From Alphaproteobacteria bacterium (GTDB lineage Bacteria > Pseudomonadota > Alphaproteobacteria > Bin95): a stretch of 64,000 bases of DNA. Every line of letters begins with the position of its first letter. The first letter of the stretch is position 1. Of the stretch, positions 30,328 to 39,746 are shown piece by piece. The position numbers and the translations under genes were made by a program. The notes beneath the pieces were generated by a model. The model searched no databases. It was given only the letters and a program-made list of their open reading frames with translations, and was not told the origin of the DNA. Where the stretch lies: positions 1,280,001 to 1,344,000 of the forward strand of contig OZ219787.1 of NCBI GenBank assembly GCA_964291285.2. The letters run 5' to 3'.

Positions 30328-31011
30328 TCAGGACGCCAGCCGGTATCCACCGGGCTCCGTCACCAGGAGCCGCGTGTGGGACGGATCGCGCTCAATCTTC
30401 TGCCTCAGGCGGTAGATATGCGTTTCGAGCGTGTGCGTGGTTATGCCCGGCCGGTAGCCCCAGACCTCCCGCAGCAGCGTCTCCCGGCTGACGGTCGCTC
30501 CGCCGGCGCGGTAGAGATATTGCAAGATGGCCGTTTCCTTCTCGGTCAGGCGCACCGTCCTGCCATCCTCTCCATTGAGCAGCTGCTTGTAGGCGGGCCG
30601 GAACTTGTAGCCGCCGATATCGAGGGCCGCGTCGTGGCTCCGCTCATGCTGGCGCAGATGCGCCCTGAGCCGGGCCAGCAGCACGTCGAACCGGAACGGC
30701 TTGGCGACATAGTCGTTCGCGCCCGCATCGAAGCCGCGAACCGTGTCCTCATCCGTATCCACCCCGGTCAGCATGACGATGGGAATCTTCACCCCCCGGC
30801 TCCGCATCGTCCGGCACAACTCGCGACCGTCCATGTCCGGCAGGCCGACATCGAGGATCACGGCGTCGAATTGCCTGGATTCCAGCGCCTCCAGCGCCTC
30901 TTCGGCCGTGCCGGCTTCCCCGGTATCGAATTCTTCGTGCAGCCGCAATTGCTCGGCAAGCACGCTGCGCAGCGTTTCGTCGTCGTCCACGAGCAGAATC
31001 GTCCGCGCCAT
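30328..31011 (-). CDS. OmpR-family response regulator
   Basis: ILLVDDD, LDVGLPDMDG, GANDYVAKPF, LTEKE, HTLETHIYRLRQK. Confidence 0.93.
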   Translation of the reverse strand: MARTILLVDDDETLRSVLAEQLRLHEEFDTGEAGTAEEALEALESRQFDAVILDVGLPDMDGRELCRTMRSRGVKIPIVMLTGVDTDEDTVRGFDAGANDYVAKPFRFDVLLARLRAHLRQHERSHDAALDIGGYKFRPAYKQLLNGEDGRTVRLTEKETAILQYLYRAGGATVSRETLLREVWGYRPGITTHTLETHIYRLRQKIERDPSHTRLLVTEPGGYRLAS

Positions 31012-31088
31012 CCGGTCGGTCTCCGGGAGCGAAAGTCCGGGTGGACGCTATCATAACTCCGGCACCGGCGCGATTCCGGCGGCGCCTC

Positions 31089-31769
31089 TCAGCCCCGGGC
31101 CCCGAAGACGGCGCTGCCCACCCGGACATGCGTCGCGCCGAAGCGGATCGCGGTCTCGAAATCGGCGCTCATGCCCATCGACAGCCCGGCCAGCCCGTTG
31201 CGCCGGGCGGCCTCACGCAGGAAGGCGAAATGCGGCCCCGGCAGGTCTTCGGCCGGCGGAATGCACATCAGCCCGACCACCTCGAGGCCGTATTCCGCCC
31301 GGCAACGGTCGAGGAAGCCGTCCAGCGCGGCCGGCGCCACGCCGCCCTTCTGCGGCTCCTCCCCGGTATTGACCTGCACGAAGCATGGAAGCGCCCTGCC
31401 TGCCCGCTCGAACTCCCGCGCCAGCGCCGCCGCCAGGCGGGGCCGGTCCACCGTTTCGATGACGTCGAAGAGGCTCACGGCGGCCCGGACCTTGTTGGTC
31501 TGCAGGCCGCCGATCAGGTGCAGCGCGATGTTGGGGAACCGCTCCCTGAAGGCCGGCCAGCGCGCCTCGGCTTCCTGCACGCGGTTCTCGCCGAAGAGCC
31601 GGTGCCCCGCCGCCAGCGCGCTTTCGATCCGCCCCTCCGGCTGCAGCTTCGACACGGCCACCAGCCGGACGGAGGAAGCGTCGCGCCCGGCAGCCTCCGC
31701 AGCCGCCTCGATGCGGCCCGTCACTGCCGCCAGGCGGCCGGCGGCCTCCCGATCTTCCGTACGTTCCAT
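31089..31769 (-). CDS. yggS: PLP homeostasis protein
   Basis: LVAVSK, FGENRVQE, HLIGGLQTNK, GLMCIPP, LSMGMS.D, HVRVGSAVFG. Confidence 0.93.
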   Translation of the reverse strand: MERTEDREAAGRLAAVTGRIEAAAEAAGRDASSVRLVAVSKLQPEGRIESALAAGHRLFGENRVQEAEARWPAFRERFPNIALHLIGGLQTNKVRAAVSLFDVIETVDRPRLAAALAREFERAGRALPCFVQVNTGEEPQKGGVAPAALDGFLDRCRAEYGLEVVGLMCIPPAEDLPGPHFAFLREAARRNGLAGLSMGMSADFETAIRFGATHVRVGSAVFGARG

Positions 31770-31912
31770 CCCGGAACGCTACCAAAGCGTGCGGTCCGGG
31801 TTAAGCCGCGCCGGTCGGCCGGTCTTGCTCTCCACCGGCCTGCGGCAGTATCGGGCGCCGGGGATGGCTCCGTTTTGCGGGGGCAACAAAGGGGTGCGAC
31901 AATGTGTTCATG

Positions 31913-32155
31913 AAATTTAGGTAATATTTCTCTATTTCCGGTCTGAAGCAGGAAAACCCGTGATATGATGGGTTCGAGGTAGGCGGCATCCGGAGCCGCT
32001 TCCCGCCCGCGCCGGCCCGGTGCGGAACGACCCCGATTCAGCCGACAGACGAGGTGCGCCCTGCGCCTGCCTCGCGCACGCGCAATCAGGCGCGCGAACC
32101 GCGCCGGCGCAATGGCGCGCCCGCGCCCGCCCGCGATTGCGCGCGAATAAGGGTC
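31913..32155 (+). other. Conserved non-coding block, copy 1 (AT-rich box, extended -10, GC-rich leader)
   Basis: Homologous to the reverse complement of 47881-48144; box AAATTTAGGTAATATTTC at 31913, TGnTATGAT at 31961-31969, leader 31981-32155. Confidence 0.7.
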
Positions 32156-32271
32156 GCTCCCAAGCCGGGACGGCATGGCCGTCAAACCGAAGCGTAACCA
32201 AAGGGGATTATCCGTTTGACTAAATATCAGCCCGTCTCCTAGCCTGTGCTCTTCACAGCGGGAGATCAAGC

Positions 32272-33652
32272 ATGGCGAGGAAATCTGATAGGGTAGAAGG
32301 CAGGCGACGCAGCGGCGACGCAGCGGCGACGCAGCGGCGACGCAGCGGCGACGCAGCGGCGACGCAGCGGCGACGCAGCGGCGACGCAGGAAGCCAACTG
32401 GCGCAACCGCACCATCTGGACGCGCGACAATCTCCATGTCCTGAGAGGCATGAACAGCGCCACGGTCGATCTCATCTATCTCGACCCGCCCTTCAACTCC
32501 AACCGCACCTATAGCGCACCCATAGGCTCGGAGGCGGCCGGGGCTGCCTTCAAGGACTCATGGACCTTCGACGACGCGGACCGCGTCTATCTGGCACTGC
32601 TGCAAGAGCGTGACCCGACGACTTTCGCCATAATCGACGCGGCCCGGCTGGCGCACGGGCGCGGCATGGCGGCCTATCTCGGCATGATGGCGCAACGCCT
32701 CGTCGAAATGCGGCGTGTCCTGAAGCCGACCGGCAGCATCTATCTGCATTGTGACCCGTTCGCGTCGCATTATCTCAAGATGCTCATGGACGCGATTTTC
32801 GGACGCCTTAATCACCGGAACGAGATTATCTGGTGCTATACTGGCCCCGGCTCACCGCATATGCGCCAGTTCAACCGAAAGCACGATACAATCCACTGGT
32901 ATTCAGTCGGCGAGACATGGACCTTCAATGCCGACGCCGTGCGTATTCAGCACCATGGCAAGACCAAGGCGAATTTCAAAGACGGTTTGCGCGGTTCTGG
33001 ATTTATCGAGGGCGAATATGGGCTGACGGACGGCAAAGTCCCTGAAACATGGTGGCCGCAAGAGAAAGGAAATGGACTCGCCATAGCGCCCCGCCAAAAG
33101 GCGCAATATGTCGGCTATCCGACGCAGAAGCCGCTTGCCCTTCTGGACCGCATCATCAAGGCGTCGAGTAACGAGGGCGATGTCGTGCTGGACCCATTTT
33201 GCGGTTGCGCGACGGCCGCCGTGGCGGCGGAGCGGCTACAGCGCCAGTGGATCGGCATCGACATTTCCGCGAAGGCGGCCGAGCTCGTCACGACGCGCCT
33301 GCAAGGCATCCTCGACGAAATCCCGCTCTACAAGACCGGCGATGTTGTCCACAGGACGGACCAGCCGGGCCGCACGGACCTGGGAGACCTTCCCCACTAC
33401 CGGACGCACCTGGACTTGCTCTACGGCCAGCAGGAAGGCTTTTGCGGCGGTTGCGGGGAGCATTTCCGCAAGCGCAATCTGACGGTGGACCATATCGTCC
33501 CGCAAGCGCATGGCGGGACCGACCACCTTGAGAACCTTTGGCTGCTGTGCGGCGCCTGCAATTCGTCGAAGGGAACGCGCTCGCAAGAGCAATTCCTGAA
33601 AGAGCGTATGCAGAAGCGCGCCGCCCTGTTCCCGTGGCTGATAGAGGCGTGA
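32272..33652 (+). CDS. Beta-class N6/N4 DNA methyltransferase fused to a C-terminal HNH endonuclease; 5' end frameshifted at the repeat (open frame with a start only from 32450)
   Basis: IWTRDNLHVLRGM (upstream of ATG 32450), IYLDPPFNS, YLHCD, YPTQKP, VLDPFCGCAT; CGGC..VDHIVP..GG.DH..NL.LLC..CNSSKG. Confidence 0.88.
32303..32389 (+). repeat. 11-bp tandem repeat GGCGACGCAGC, about 8 copies
   Basis: Seven perfect units plus 10 of 11 bases of an eighth. Confidence 0.97.
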
Positions 33653-34621
33653 CTAGTATGGCCGCGCCCCGCTCGCCAGCCCGTTCTCGGCAATCAGCCG
33701 GGCGTAGGTCAGGCGCTTCCCGACCATGCCGGCCGCCAGTCCCGCCATTTGTGCCAGCGTCCCGGCTTCGCGGATGTTGTGCCGCCCGGCGAACTCCGCG
33801 ATGTAGCGGTGAAGGTGCTTCGGCGAGAACTTGTGATAGACGCCCTTGTGCGCCCGCTTCAACATGGCCCAGAAGCTCTCGATCCCGTTGGTATGCGCCT
33901 GCTGGCGGACATACTCGCCAGCGGAGTGATTGACCGCTTCATGCTGAAACCACACTTGCAGCGCCCGATAGACCGTCGCCTCGTCCGAATAGACCGTCGT
34001 GCCGATGCGGGCGTTGTGAGCGGCGAAGCCTGCCAGCGACGGCGCGTCCGCGTGCTGGACATGGCGGGCGCGAACCTGCTTCGTGCCCCGGTCCTTCACG
34101 CCAACGACAATGTCCTTGCCGACAGCGCCGCGACCCTCAAGGCTCTCCCGCTTCGCCTTGTGCATGTTCTTGCGCAGCCCGCCCAGATAGACCTCGTCCA
34201 CCTCTACCGGCCCGTCCATGGGCGGCTCGTCGTCGCGCTTGAAGGCTTCGCGGATGCGCTGGAGCATGAACCATGCGGTTGCCTGCCGGACGCCTATGTC
34301 CCGGCCCAGCTTCACGCTGGAGACGCCCTTGAGCGAAGTCAGGTGCAGGTAGATCGCCCAAACCCACTTGCGGAACGAGAGCTTGGACCGCTCCATGACG
34401 GTGCCGATGCGGACGCTGAAATGCCGCTTGCAGCCGGGGCAGTAGTAGGGCATCGGCGGGTTGCCGGTGCATTCAATCGTCTCGGTATGGCCGCAGCGCG
34501 GGCAATGGCGACCGTTCGGCCAGACCTTCGCCTCAAACCATTCGCGGGCGCTTTCCTCGGTCGGGAACATCTCTCCCAACTCCATGATGGTCACGCCTTC
34601 GCGGTAGTGCTTGCCAGCCAT
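33653..34621 (-). CDS. IS1595 family transposase
   Basis: Zn ribbon CPRCG/CPGCKRHFS, KGVSS, AWFM, VEVDEVY, YSDE, VNHS, HTNGIESFW, HL.RY..EF. Confidence 0.95.
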   Translation of the reverse strand: MAGKHYREGVTIMELGEMFPTEESAREWFEAKVWPNGRHCPRCGHTETIECTGNPPMPYYCPGCKRHFSVRIGTVMERSKLSFRKWVWAIYLHLTSLKGVSSVKLGRDIGVRQATAWFMLQRIREAFKRDDEPPMDGPVEVDEVYLGGLRKNMHKAKRESLEGRGAVGKDIVVGVKDRGTKQVRARHVQHADAPSLAGFAAHNARIGTTVYSDEATVYRALQVWFQHEAVNHSAGEYVRQQAHTNGIESFWAMLKRAHKGVYHKFSPKHLHRYIAEFAGRHNIREAGTLAQMAGLAAGMVGKRLTYARLIAENGLASGARPY

Positions 34622-34717
34622 GACGGCCTCCGTTCCGACTGCTTGAGTCAGAATATGGGGACTCGCCGTCATTTAGTCAAGCGGATAATCCCCTAACCAA
34701 AGGAGCCGCCGCACCCC

Positions 34718-34852
34718 ATGCCCATCATCGACCCCTGGTCGCCGGAGAACATCGAACAGCGCCGCCGGGACAGCCTCGACTGGCTCCAGAGGGCCGGACC
34801 CTTCAATGCGCCCGGAGACGCGGACTTCGCCCCGGACCATGACAATACATGA
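34718..34852 (+). CDS. Putative 44-aa micro-ORF (MPIIDPWSPENIEQ...)
   Basis: RBS AAAGGAG upstream; stop supplied by a CATGACA repeat; no family recognised. Confidence 0.35.
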   Translation: MPIIDPWSPENIEQRRRDSLDWLQRAGPFNAPGDADFAPDHDNT

Positions 34853-34864
34853 CATTCCATGACA
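34838..34864 (+). repeat. CATGACA x3 at 10-bp period
   Basis: CATGACAATACATGACATTCCATGACA. Confidence 0.9.
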
Positions 34865-35047
34865 TCCACGGTGGAGAGGACGATCCCGCCGCCCCGCGCA
34901 CGCGCGGGCGCGCATTATGCGCAGGCGCGGGACGCTCTTCCGGCAACAGGGGCGTCCGGAACCACGGCCCGACCAAGGAGGCTGCAATGCCTTGCGAACG
35001 ACCGGAGCGGAGACCGGCCTGGAGTGGGCCCCTTGGGTCGGACAGTT

Positions 35048-35842
35048 TCACGCGGCATTTTTGACAGGGTTGCGTTGTTGTTTCTCCTCGAAGCGGTTTG
35101 GGCTCAGATATCCGAGGGCGGAGTGCAGGCGTCTGTGGTTGTAGCTGTCGATGAAGCGTGGCAGTTGCCTTGCGACGTCATCGGCGGTCTCGAAGGCCAT
35201 GGGATAGACGCCTTCGACCTTCAGGGTTTTCATGAAGCTCTCCATCATGGCGTTGTCGTAGGGGTTGGCTCGTCGTCCCATGGAGCCGACCATCCCGTGT
35301 TTGTCGAGCCGGGTCCGGTAGGCATGGGCGGCGTATTGCGAGCCCCTGTCGGAGTGGTGGATGCAGCCGGGCTGAGGGCTTCGGTTCCCGATCGCCTTGT
35401 CGAGCGCCGCGAGCGTCAGGCGCGCGTCGATGCGTTGCCCGAGCGCGTAGCCGACAATGCGGCGCGACCAGGCGTCCATGACCGCCGCCAGATAGACGAA
35501 GCCGTCCAGGATGGCGATGTAGGTCAGGTCGGCGACCCAGAGCCGGTTCGGGCCCTCGACCTCGCAGTCCCGGGACCGGTCCGGGAAGACCGGCCCGTCG
35601 TGGCCGCTGTCCGTGGTGGCGACAAAGCGGCGCTTGCGCGGCGGCTGCAGGGCGTGTTCGCGCATCAGCCGCCTGACCTTCTTGTGGTTGACGGTCCGGC
35701 CCCGGTGGCGAAGTTCCGCCTGCATGCGCCGCCAGCCATAGGCCTCGAACTCGTCCTTGATCTCGTGCATCGCCTCGACCAGGGCGGTGTCGTCGACCGG
35801 GCTCTGCGGCTCGCGGTAACAGGTGGAGCGCGCGATCCCCAT
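35048..35842 (-). CDS. IS3 transposase OrfB (DDE integrase core)
   Basis: YGWRR, NHKKVRRLM, WVADLTY, HHSDRGSQY, DNAMMESF, RRLHSALGY.SP. Confidence 0.93.
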   Translation of the reverse strand: MGIARSTCYREPQSPVDDTALVEAMHEIKDEFEAYGWRRMQAELRHRGRTVNHKKVRRLMREHALQPPRKRRFVATTDSGHDGPVFPDRSRDCEVEGPNRLWVADLTYIAILDGFVYLAAVMDAWSRRIVGYALGQRIDARLTLAALDKAIGNRSPQPGCIHHSDRGSQYAAHAYRTRLDKHGMVGSMGRRANPYDNAMMESFMKTLKVEGVYPMAFETADDVARQLPRFIDSYNHRRLHSALGYLSPNRFEEKQQRNPVKNAA

Positions 35843-36192
35843 CAGTCGGCATCCTTCGGCAACGGAGAGGCCTCGGGGCCGGCGATCACGGACATGGGCG
35901 CGCGCCTCGACCGCCGTCCTTGCCGCAAAGCCCCCTTTAGGAACTCCAGCTCCGCGGCCTGCCGGCCGACCAGCCGTTCGAGCGTCGCGATCCGGGCCTC
36001 ATACGCCCGGAGCGTGTCAGCCGCCTCGGCCTCCTCATCGAAGGCGCCGGCCTCGTATTTCTCCAGCCACAGCCGGATCAGGGTGCGAGACAGGTCATGA
36101 CGGCGGGCCAGACCGTAAAACGTCTCGCCTGCCAGATACTCCTCAACGACCTGGCGCTTGAAGGCCATGCTGTGCGTGCGGTGCTTCCTCAT
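35842..36192 (-). CDS. IS3 transposase OrfA (HTH)
   Basis: HSMAFKRQVV..LARRHDLSR.LIR.W, leucine-zipper-like LERLVGRQ..ELEFLK; stop overlaps the orfB start. Confidence 0.88.
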   Translation of the reverse strand: MRKHRTHSMAFKRQVVEEYLAGETFYGLARRHDLSRTLIRLWLEKYEAGAFDEEAEAADTLRAYEARIATLERLVGRQAAELEFLKGALRQGRRSRRAPMSVIAGPEASPLPKDAD

Positions 36193-36273
36193 CGGCGTCG
36201 ATCCTTCCAATGACCGCGCACCTGTCAATTTCCTACAACAAAACTGTCCGAGACCAGGGGCCCACTCCAGCCC

Positions 36274-36300
36274 CATGACAAAACATGACATTCCATGACA
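36274..36300 (+). repeat. CATGACA x3 at 10-bp period
   Basis: CATGACAAAACATGACATTCCATGACA, 1 mismatch to the 34838 copy. Confidence 0.9.
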
Positions 36301-36612
36301 TGGCGCGAGGGAGTCGCTGTCGCCCCCATCCGTCGCCCCCAGGCGGAGAAGCCGGGGCCTCAAGCGGCCGGACCTCCGCTGCATGGAGGACCCGGCTCGC
36401 CCTGCGGGCGTCCGGGGCGACGAAAAGGGGGGCGGAGACCGGCCGGGACAGCTTCCAACCGGCGGCTGTCGGTATAGTTCCAAGCGGGTTGCGAGTCTGC
36501 GGGTGCTCTTGCTATGTTGGAGGACTGACGGGTTTGGAGGCTCGTTCAGGCGTCAGGCCGGCGCAGGTTGCCGGTCCAAGGGGATTCAAACAACAATCAT
36601 GGGAGTGCAAAC

Positions 36613-37647
36613 ATGAAGATCGTGCGTCTGGCATGCGGCGTAGCCGCTGCGGCCATGGTGGGAGGCGTCGCCATGTCCGCTTCCGCCGCAGATGAGGTGC
36701 TCTGGAACTTCTCCGCCTGGGGCAAGCCCCGCGCCTTTACCAAGGGCATCGATGCGATGAGCGAGTACCTCGCCGAGAAATCGGGCGGCAACTTCAAGCT
36801 CAAGATCCATTACGGCGAGGCGATCTCGCCTTCGAAAGAGAACATCGACGGCATCAAGATCGGCAGCCACGAAGCTGCGATGATGTGCACCTCCTACCAT
36901 CCCGGCAAGAACCCGGCCGGCACGGTGCTCGACCTGCCGTTCCTGCCCATCTCCGACCTGACGGTGCAGGCGAAGGTGCATGAGGACTTCATCGGGCATC
37001 CGGAGTTCAAGAAGGAGATGAAGCGCTGGAACGCCATCCCGATCTTCTCCGGCATCCTGCCGCAATATGAGGCGATGGGCGTCGGCGACCCGGCCAGGAG
37101 CGCGGCGGACTTCAAGGGCCTGAGGGTGCGCGGCCTCGGCGGCATCGGCCAGTTCTTCGACAAGCTGGGCGCGGTTCCGACCACGGTAACGGCGTCGGAA
37201 AGCTACACGGCGCTCGAACGCGGCACCATCCAGGTGATGACCTTCCCCTACAGCTACGCCTTCGGCGCCTACAGGCACCACGAAGTCGCCAAGTGGTACA
37301 CGGAAGGCATGGCGCTGGGCTCGGTCTTCTGCCCGCAGGTCATGAGCGTCACCGCCTACAACGCGCTGCCGGACGAATACCGGGCGTTGTTCAACGACGA
37401 CATGAAGTGGAACTCCTACAACACGCTGATCTCCGCCTACAAAGAGGCCGACAAGAAGTGGATCCCGATCTACGAAAAGGCCATGGAGCGGGTAGAGTTC
37501 AGCAAGGAGCAACGTGACGAGTTCGTGAAGATCGGGGCGCAGCCCGTTTGGGACGAGTGGGTGGCAAACAACAAGGAAAAGCTTCCCGCTCAAGAGCTTC
37601 TCGACTTCGTTCTCGAGCGTGCCGCACACCACAACAAGGAAGCGTAG
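36613..37647 (+). CDS. dctP: TRAP substrate-binding protein
   Basis: Signal peptide; LDLPF, FKGLRVR, LGAVP, YTALERG. Confidence 0.88.
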   Translation: MKIVRLACGVAAAAMVGGVAMSASAADEVLWNFSAWGKPRAFTKGIDAMSEYLAEKSGGNFKLKIHYGEAISPSKENIDGIKIGSHEAAMMCTSYHPGKNPAGTVLDLPFLPISDLTVQAKVHEDFIGHPEFKKEMKRWNAIPIFSGILPQYEAMGVGDPARSAADFKGLRVRGLGGIGQFFDKLGAVPTTVTASESYTALERGTIQVMTFPYSYAFGAYRHHEVAKWYTEGMALGSVFCPQVMSVTAYNALPDEYRALFNDDMKWNSYNTLISAYKEADKKWIPIYEKAMERVEFSKEQRDEFVKIGAQPVWDEWVANNKEKLPAQELLDFVLERAAHHNKEA

Positions 37648-37673
37648 AGGGCCGTAGTCCTCGCAAGTCTGGG

Positions 37674-37701
37674 TGGGGCCGTTCCGTCGCGAACGGCCCC
37701 A
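37674..37701. terminator. Hairpin between dctP and dctQ (stabilising or attenuating)
   Basis: TGGGGCCGTTC-cgtcgc-GAACGGCCCCA, perfect 11-bp stem. Confidence 0.6.
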
Positions 37702-37737
37702 TTCTATTGTTTGCCACAAGGGGAGGAAGCGAAGTCT

Positions 37738-38394
37738 ATGGCTCAAGCCCAGACACGGAACGGGCGCCAGAACAGCACTTTGTCGGCTATAGATCGCGCC
37801 TTCAGTCGCGTGGAGGATGCCGTCACGCTTTTTGCGGCGGCAGTTATCTTCGTATTGATGCTGTTTGTCGTCTGCGAAGTCATCGGAAGATACGTCTTCA
37901 ACAGGCCGATTCCGGGAGCGATCGACTGGATTGAAGTCTATATGGCGATCTTCGCTTTCCTTCCTGCCGCATATGCGCAAAGGCTGGGCGTGCATGTCCG
38001 CATGGAACTCGTCGTCGCAAAGATGCGCGGCAGATTGTTGTGGGCCGTCGAATGTTTCGCCGTCTGCATCGGCGTCGTCTATTGCCTCATCATCATCGAC
38101 AAGAGCTGGGAGCACTTCCTGAGGTCCGTCATAGAAGGCGACAGCACGATCGACGTGCAGCTCCAGACCTGGCCCGGAAAGCTGGTCGTCCCCATTGCGC
38201 TCGTGCTGCTTTGCATACGGCTGATCATCCAGGTGTGGGGCTACGGACGGCTGGCTCTCGATCCCGACAAGGCTCCCCAGGCGGTTCCGGTGATACTGGA
38301 CGCCGCTGAGCATGCGAGAGCCGAGATCGAAGAGGTCATGGGAAGAGAAACCGACGATTCGACGGATCCGCCTGACGGCGGCTCGAAGGCATAG
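37738..38394 (+). CDS. dctQ: TRAP small permease
   Basis: GRYVFNRPI, AYAQ..HVRME, about 4 TM. Confidence 0.88.
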   Translation: MAQAQTRNGRQNSTLSAIDRAFSRVEDAVTLFAAAVIFVLMLFVVCEVIGRYVFNRPIPGAIDWIEVYMAIFAFLPAAYAQRLGVHVRMELVVAKMRGRLLWAVECFAVCIGVVYCLIIIDKSWEHFLRSVIEGDSTIDVQLQTWPGKLVVPIALVLLCIRLIIQVWGYGRLALDPDKAPQAVPVILDAAEHARAEIEEVMGRETDDSTDPPDGGSKA

Positions 38395-38405
38395 GGGGCG
38401 CAATC

Positions 38406-39722
38406 ATGGATCCGTTCAACGCAGGTCTTGTATCGGTCGCGGTCATCATCGGGATGGTCGTGCTCGGCGTGCGCGTCGCCTACGCATCCGGAATTGCAGG
38501 CGTGGTCGGGTTGATCATGCTGCGGGGTTACGACCCCGGCGCCGGCCTCGCCGGTCTGCTCGCCCATTCACAGGTCAGCCATGTCACCCTCTCGGTGCTG
38601 CCGATGTTCATCCTCATCGGCTTCCTGGCATTCTATGCCGGACTGACGCGAAGCGCGTTCTATGCGGCCAGATGCTGGCTCGGCACCCTGCCCGGCGGGC
38701 TCGCCGTTGCAACCGTGTTTGCAACTGCCGGTTTCGCTGCGGTGTCCGGCGCCTCGACGGCGACAGCCGCCGTGTTCAGCCGCGTCGCGATCCCGGAGAT
38801 GCTGAAATACGGCTACGAACGCAGTCTGGCAGCGGGCGTCGTCGCCGCCGGCGGCACGCTTGCATCGCTCATCCCGCCGAGCGCCATCCTGGTGATCTAC
38901 GCCATCATCGTCGAGGAATCGGTGGGCGCCCTGCTGCTTGCGGGCTTCATACCGGGCGCGCTTTCCGCGGTGATTTACGCAGTGCTGATCGTCTTCCGCT
39001 GCAAGCTGAACCCCAAGCTGGGCGCGCCCGTCTCGGCGGTTCCGCTGGCCGAAAAGTTCCGGTCCCTGATTGGCGCCTCGGGCATCTTCTTCGTGATCTT
39101 CATCATCCTGGGCGGCATCTACACGGGCGTGATGACCCCGACCGAGGTCGGCGGCGTCGCCGCATTCGTGATCTTCCTGATTGCGCTTGCGAAGCGCAAT
39201 ATGAGCCTCGGAAACCTGCGCGAATCGCTCATGGAGACCGCGAAGCTCACGGTTTTCATCTTCACGATCATCTGGTCGATCCTGATCTATGTGCGGTTCC
39301 TCGGCTTCTCGGGCCTGCCGGAGGCGTTCGCCACATTCATCGTCAGTATCGACGTGCCGCCCATCGTCGTGATGATCCTGATCCTGCTCGCCTATGTCGT
39401 GCTCGGCATGTTCATGGACGGCATCGGGATGCTGTTGCTGACCCTGCCGGTCGTCTATCCGGCGGTCACGGCGCTCGGCTACGACCCGGTCTGGTTCGGC
39501 ATCATCATCGTCAAGATGGTGGAGGTCTGCCTGGTCACGCCGCCCATCGGCCTCAATTGCTTCGTGGTCAACGGCGTCAGACCGGACATTCCGCTCGAGG
39601 AAGTCTTCAAGGGCATCTGGCCCTTCTTCGTGGCGGACATCATCACGGTCGCCGTGCTCGTCGCCTTCCCCGGCATCGTGCTCTGGCTGCCGCGGTTGAT
39701 GATCCAGAACATCACCGCATAG
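38406..39722 (+). CDS. dctM: TRAP large permease
   Basis: FAAVSGAS, GGTLASLIPPS, TPTE, TPPIGLN. Confidence 0.92.
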   Translation: MDPFNAGLVSVAVIIGMVVLGVRVAYASGIAGVVGLIMLRGYDPGAGLAGLLAHSQVSHVTLSVLPMFILIGFLAFYAGLTRSAFYAARCWLGTLPGGLAVATVFATAGFAAVSGASTATAAVFSRVAIPEMLKYGYERSLAAGVVAAGGTLASLIPPSAILVIYAIIVEESVGALLLAGFIPGALSAVIYAVLIVFRCKLNPKLGAPVSAVPLAEKFRSLIGASGIFFVIFIILGGIYTGVMTPTEVGGVAAFVIFLIALAKRNMSLGNLRESLMETAKLTVFIFTIIWSILIYVRFLGFSGLPEAFATFIVSIDVPPIVVMILILLAYVVLGMFMDGIGMLLLTLPVVYPAVTALGYDPVWFGIIIVKMVEVCLVTPPIGLNCFVVNGVRPDIPLEEVFKGIWPFFVADIITVAVLVAFPGIVLWLPRLMIQNITA

Positions 39723-39746
39723 AGCGGGGCCGGCGCGGTTTTCCGC

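Larger units (their letters stand above)
32203..34693 (-). mobile_element. IS1595-family element with passenger gene
   Basis: 23-bp IRs GGGGATTATCCGTTTGACTAAAT (32203) and ATTTAGTCAAGCGGATAATCCCC (34671), 1 mismatch; 8-bp TSD TAACCAAA at 32195-32202 and 34694-34701. Confidence 0.93.
35020..36269 (-). mobile_element. IS3-family insertion sequence (1250 bp)
   Basis: TG..CA ends; IRs TGGAGTGGGCCCCT....TCGGACAGTTT; 3-bp TSD GCC at 35017-35019 and 36270-36272. Confidence 0.93.

Noticed and set aside
32303-32389. 11-bp repeats as a CRISPR array
   Set aside because: Head-to-tail units with no spacers and no cas genes
31721-32437. ORFs sharing the peptide ARFARLIA (31721-32437 and 47701-48120)
   Set aside because: Similarity continues at DNA level across frame-breaking indels, and one ORF crosses the IS boundary; treated as non-coding
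32203-36269. IS1595 and IS3 as one composite transposon
   Set aside because: Each has its own IRs and TSD, showing independent insertions
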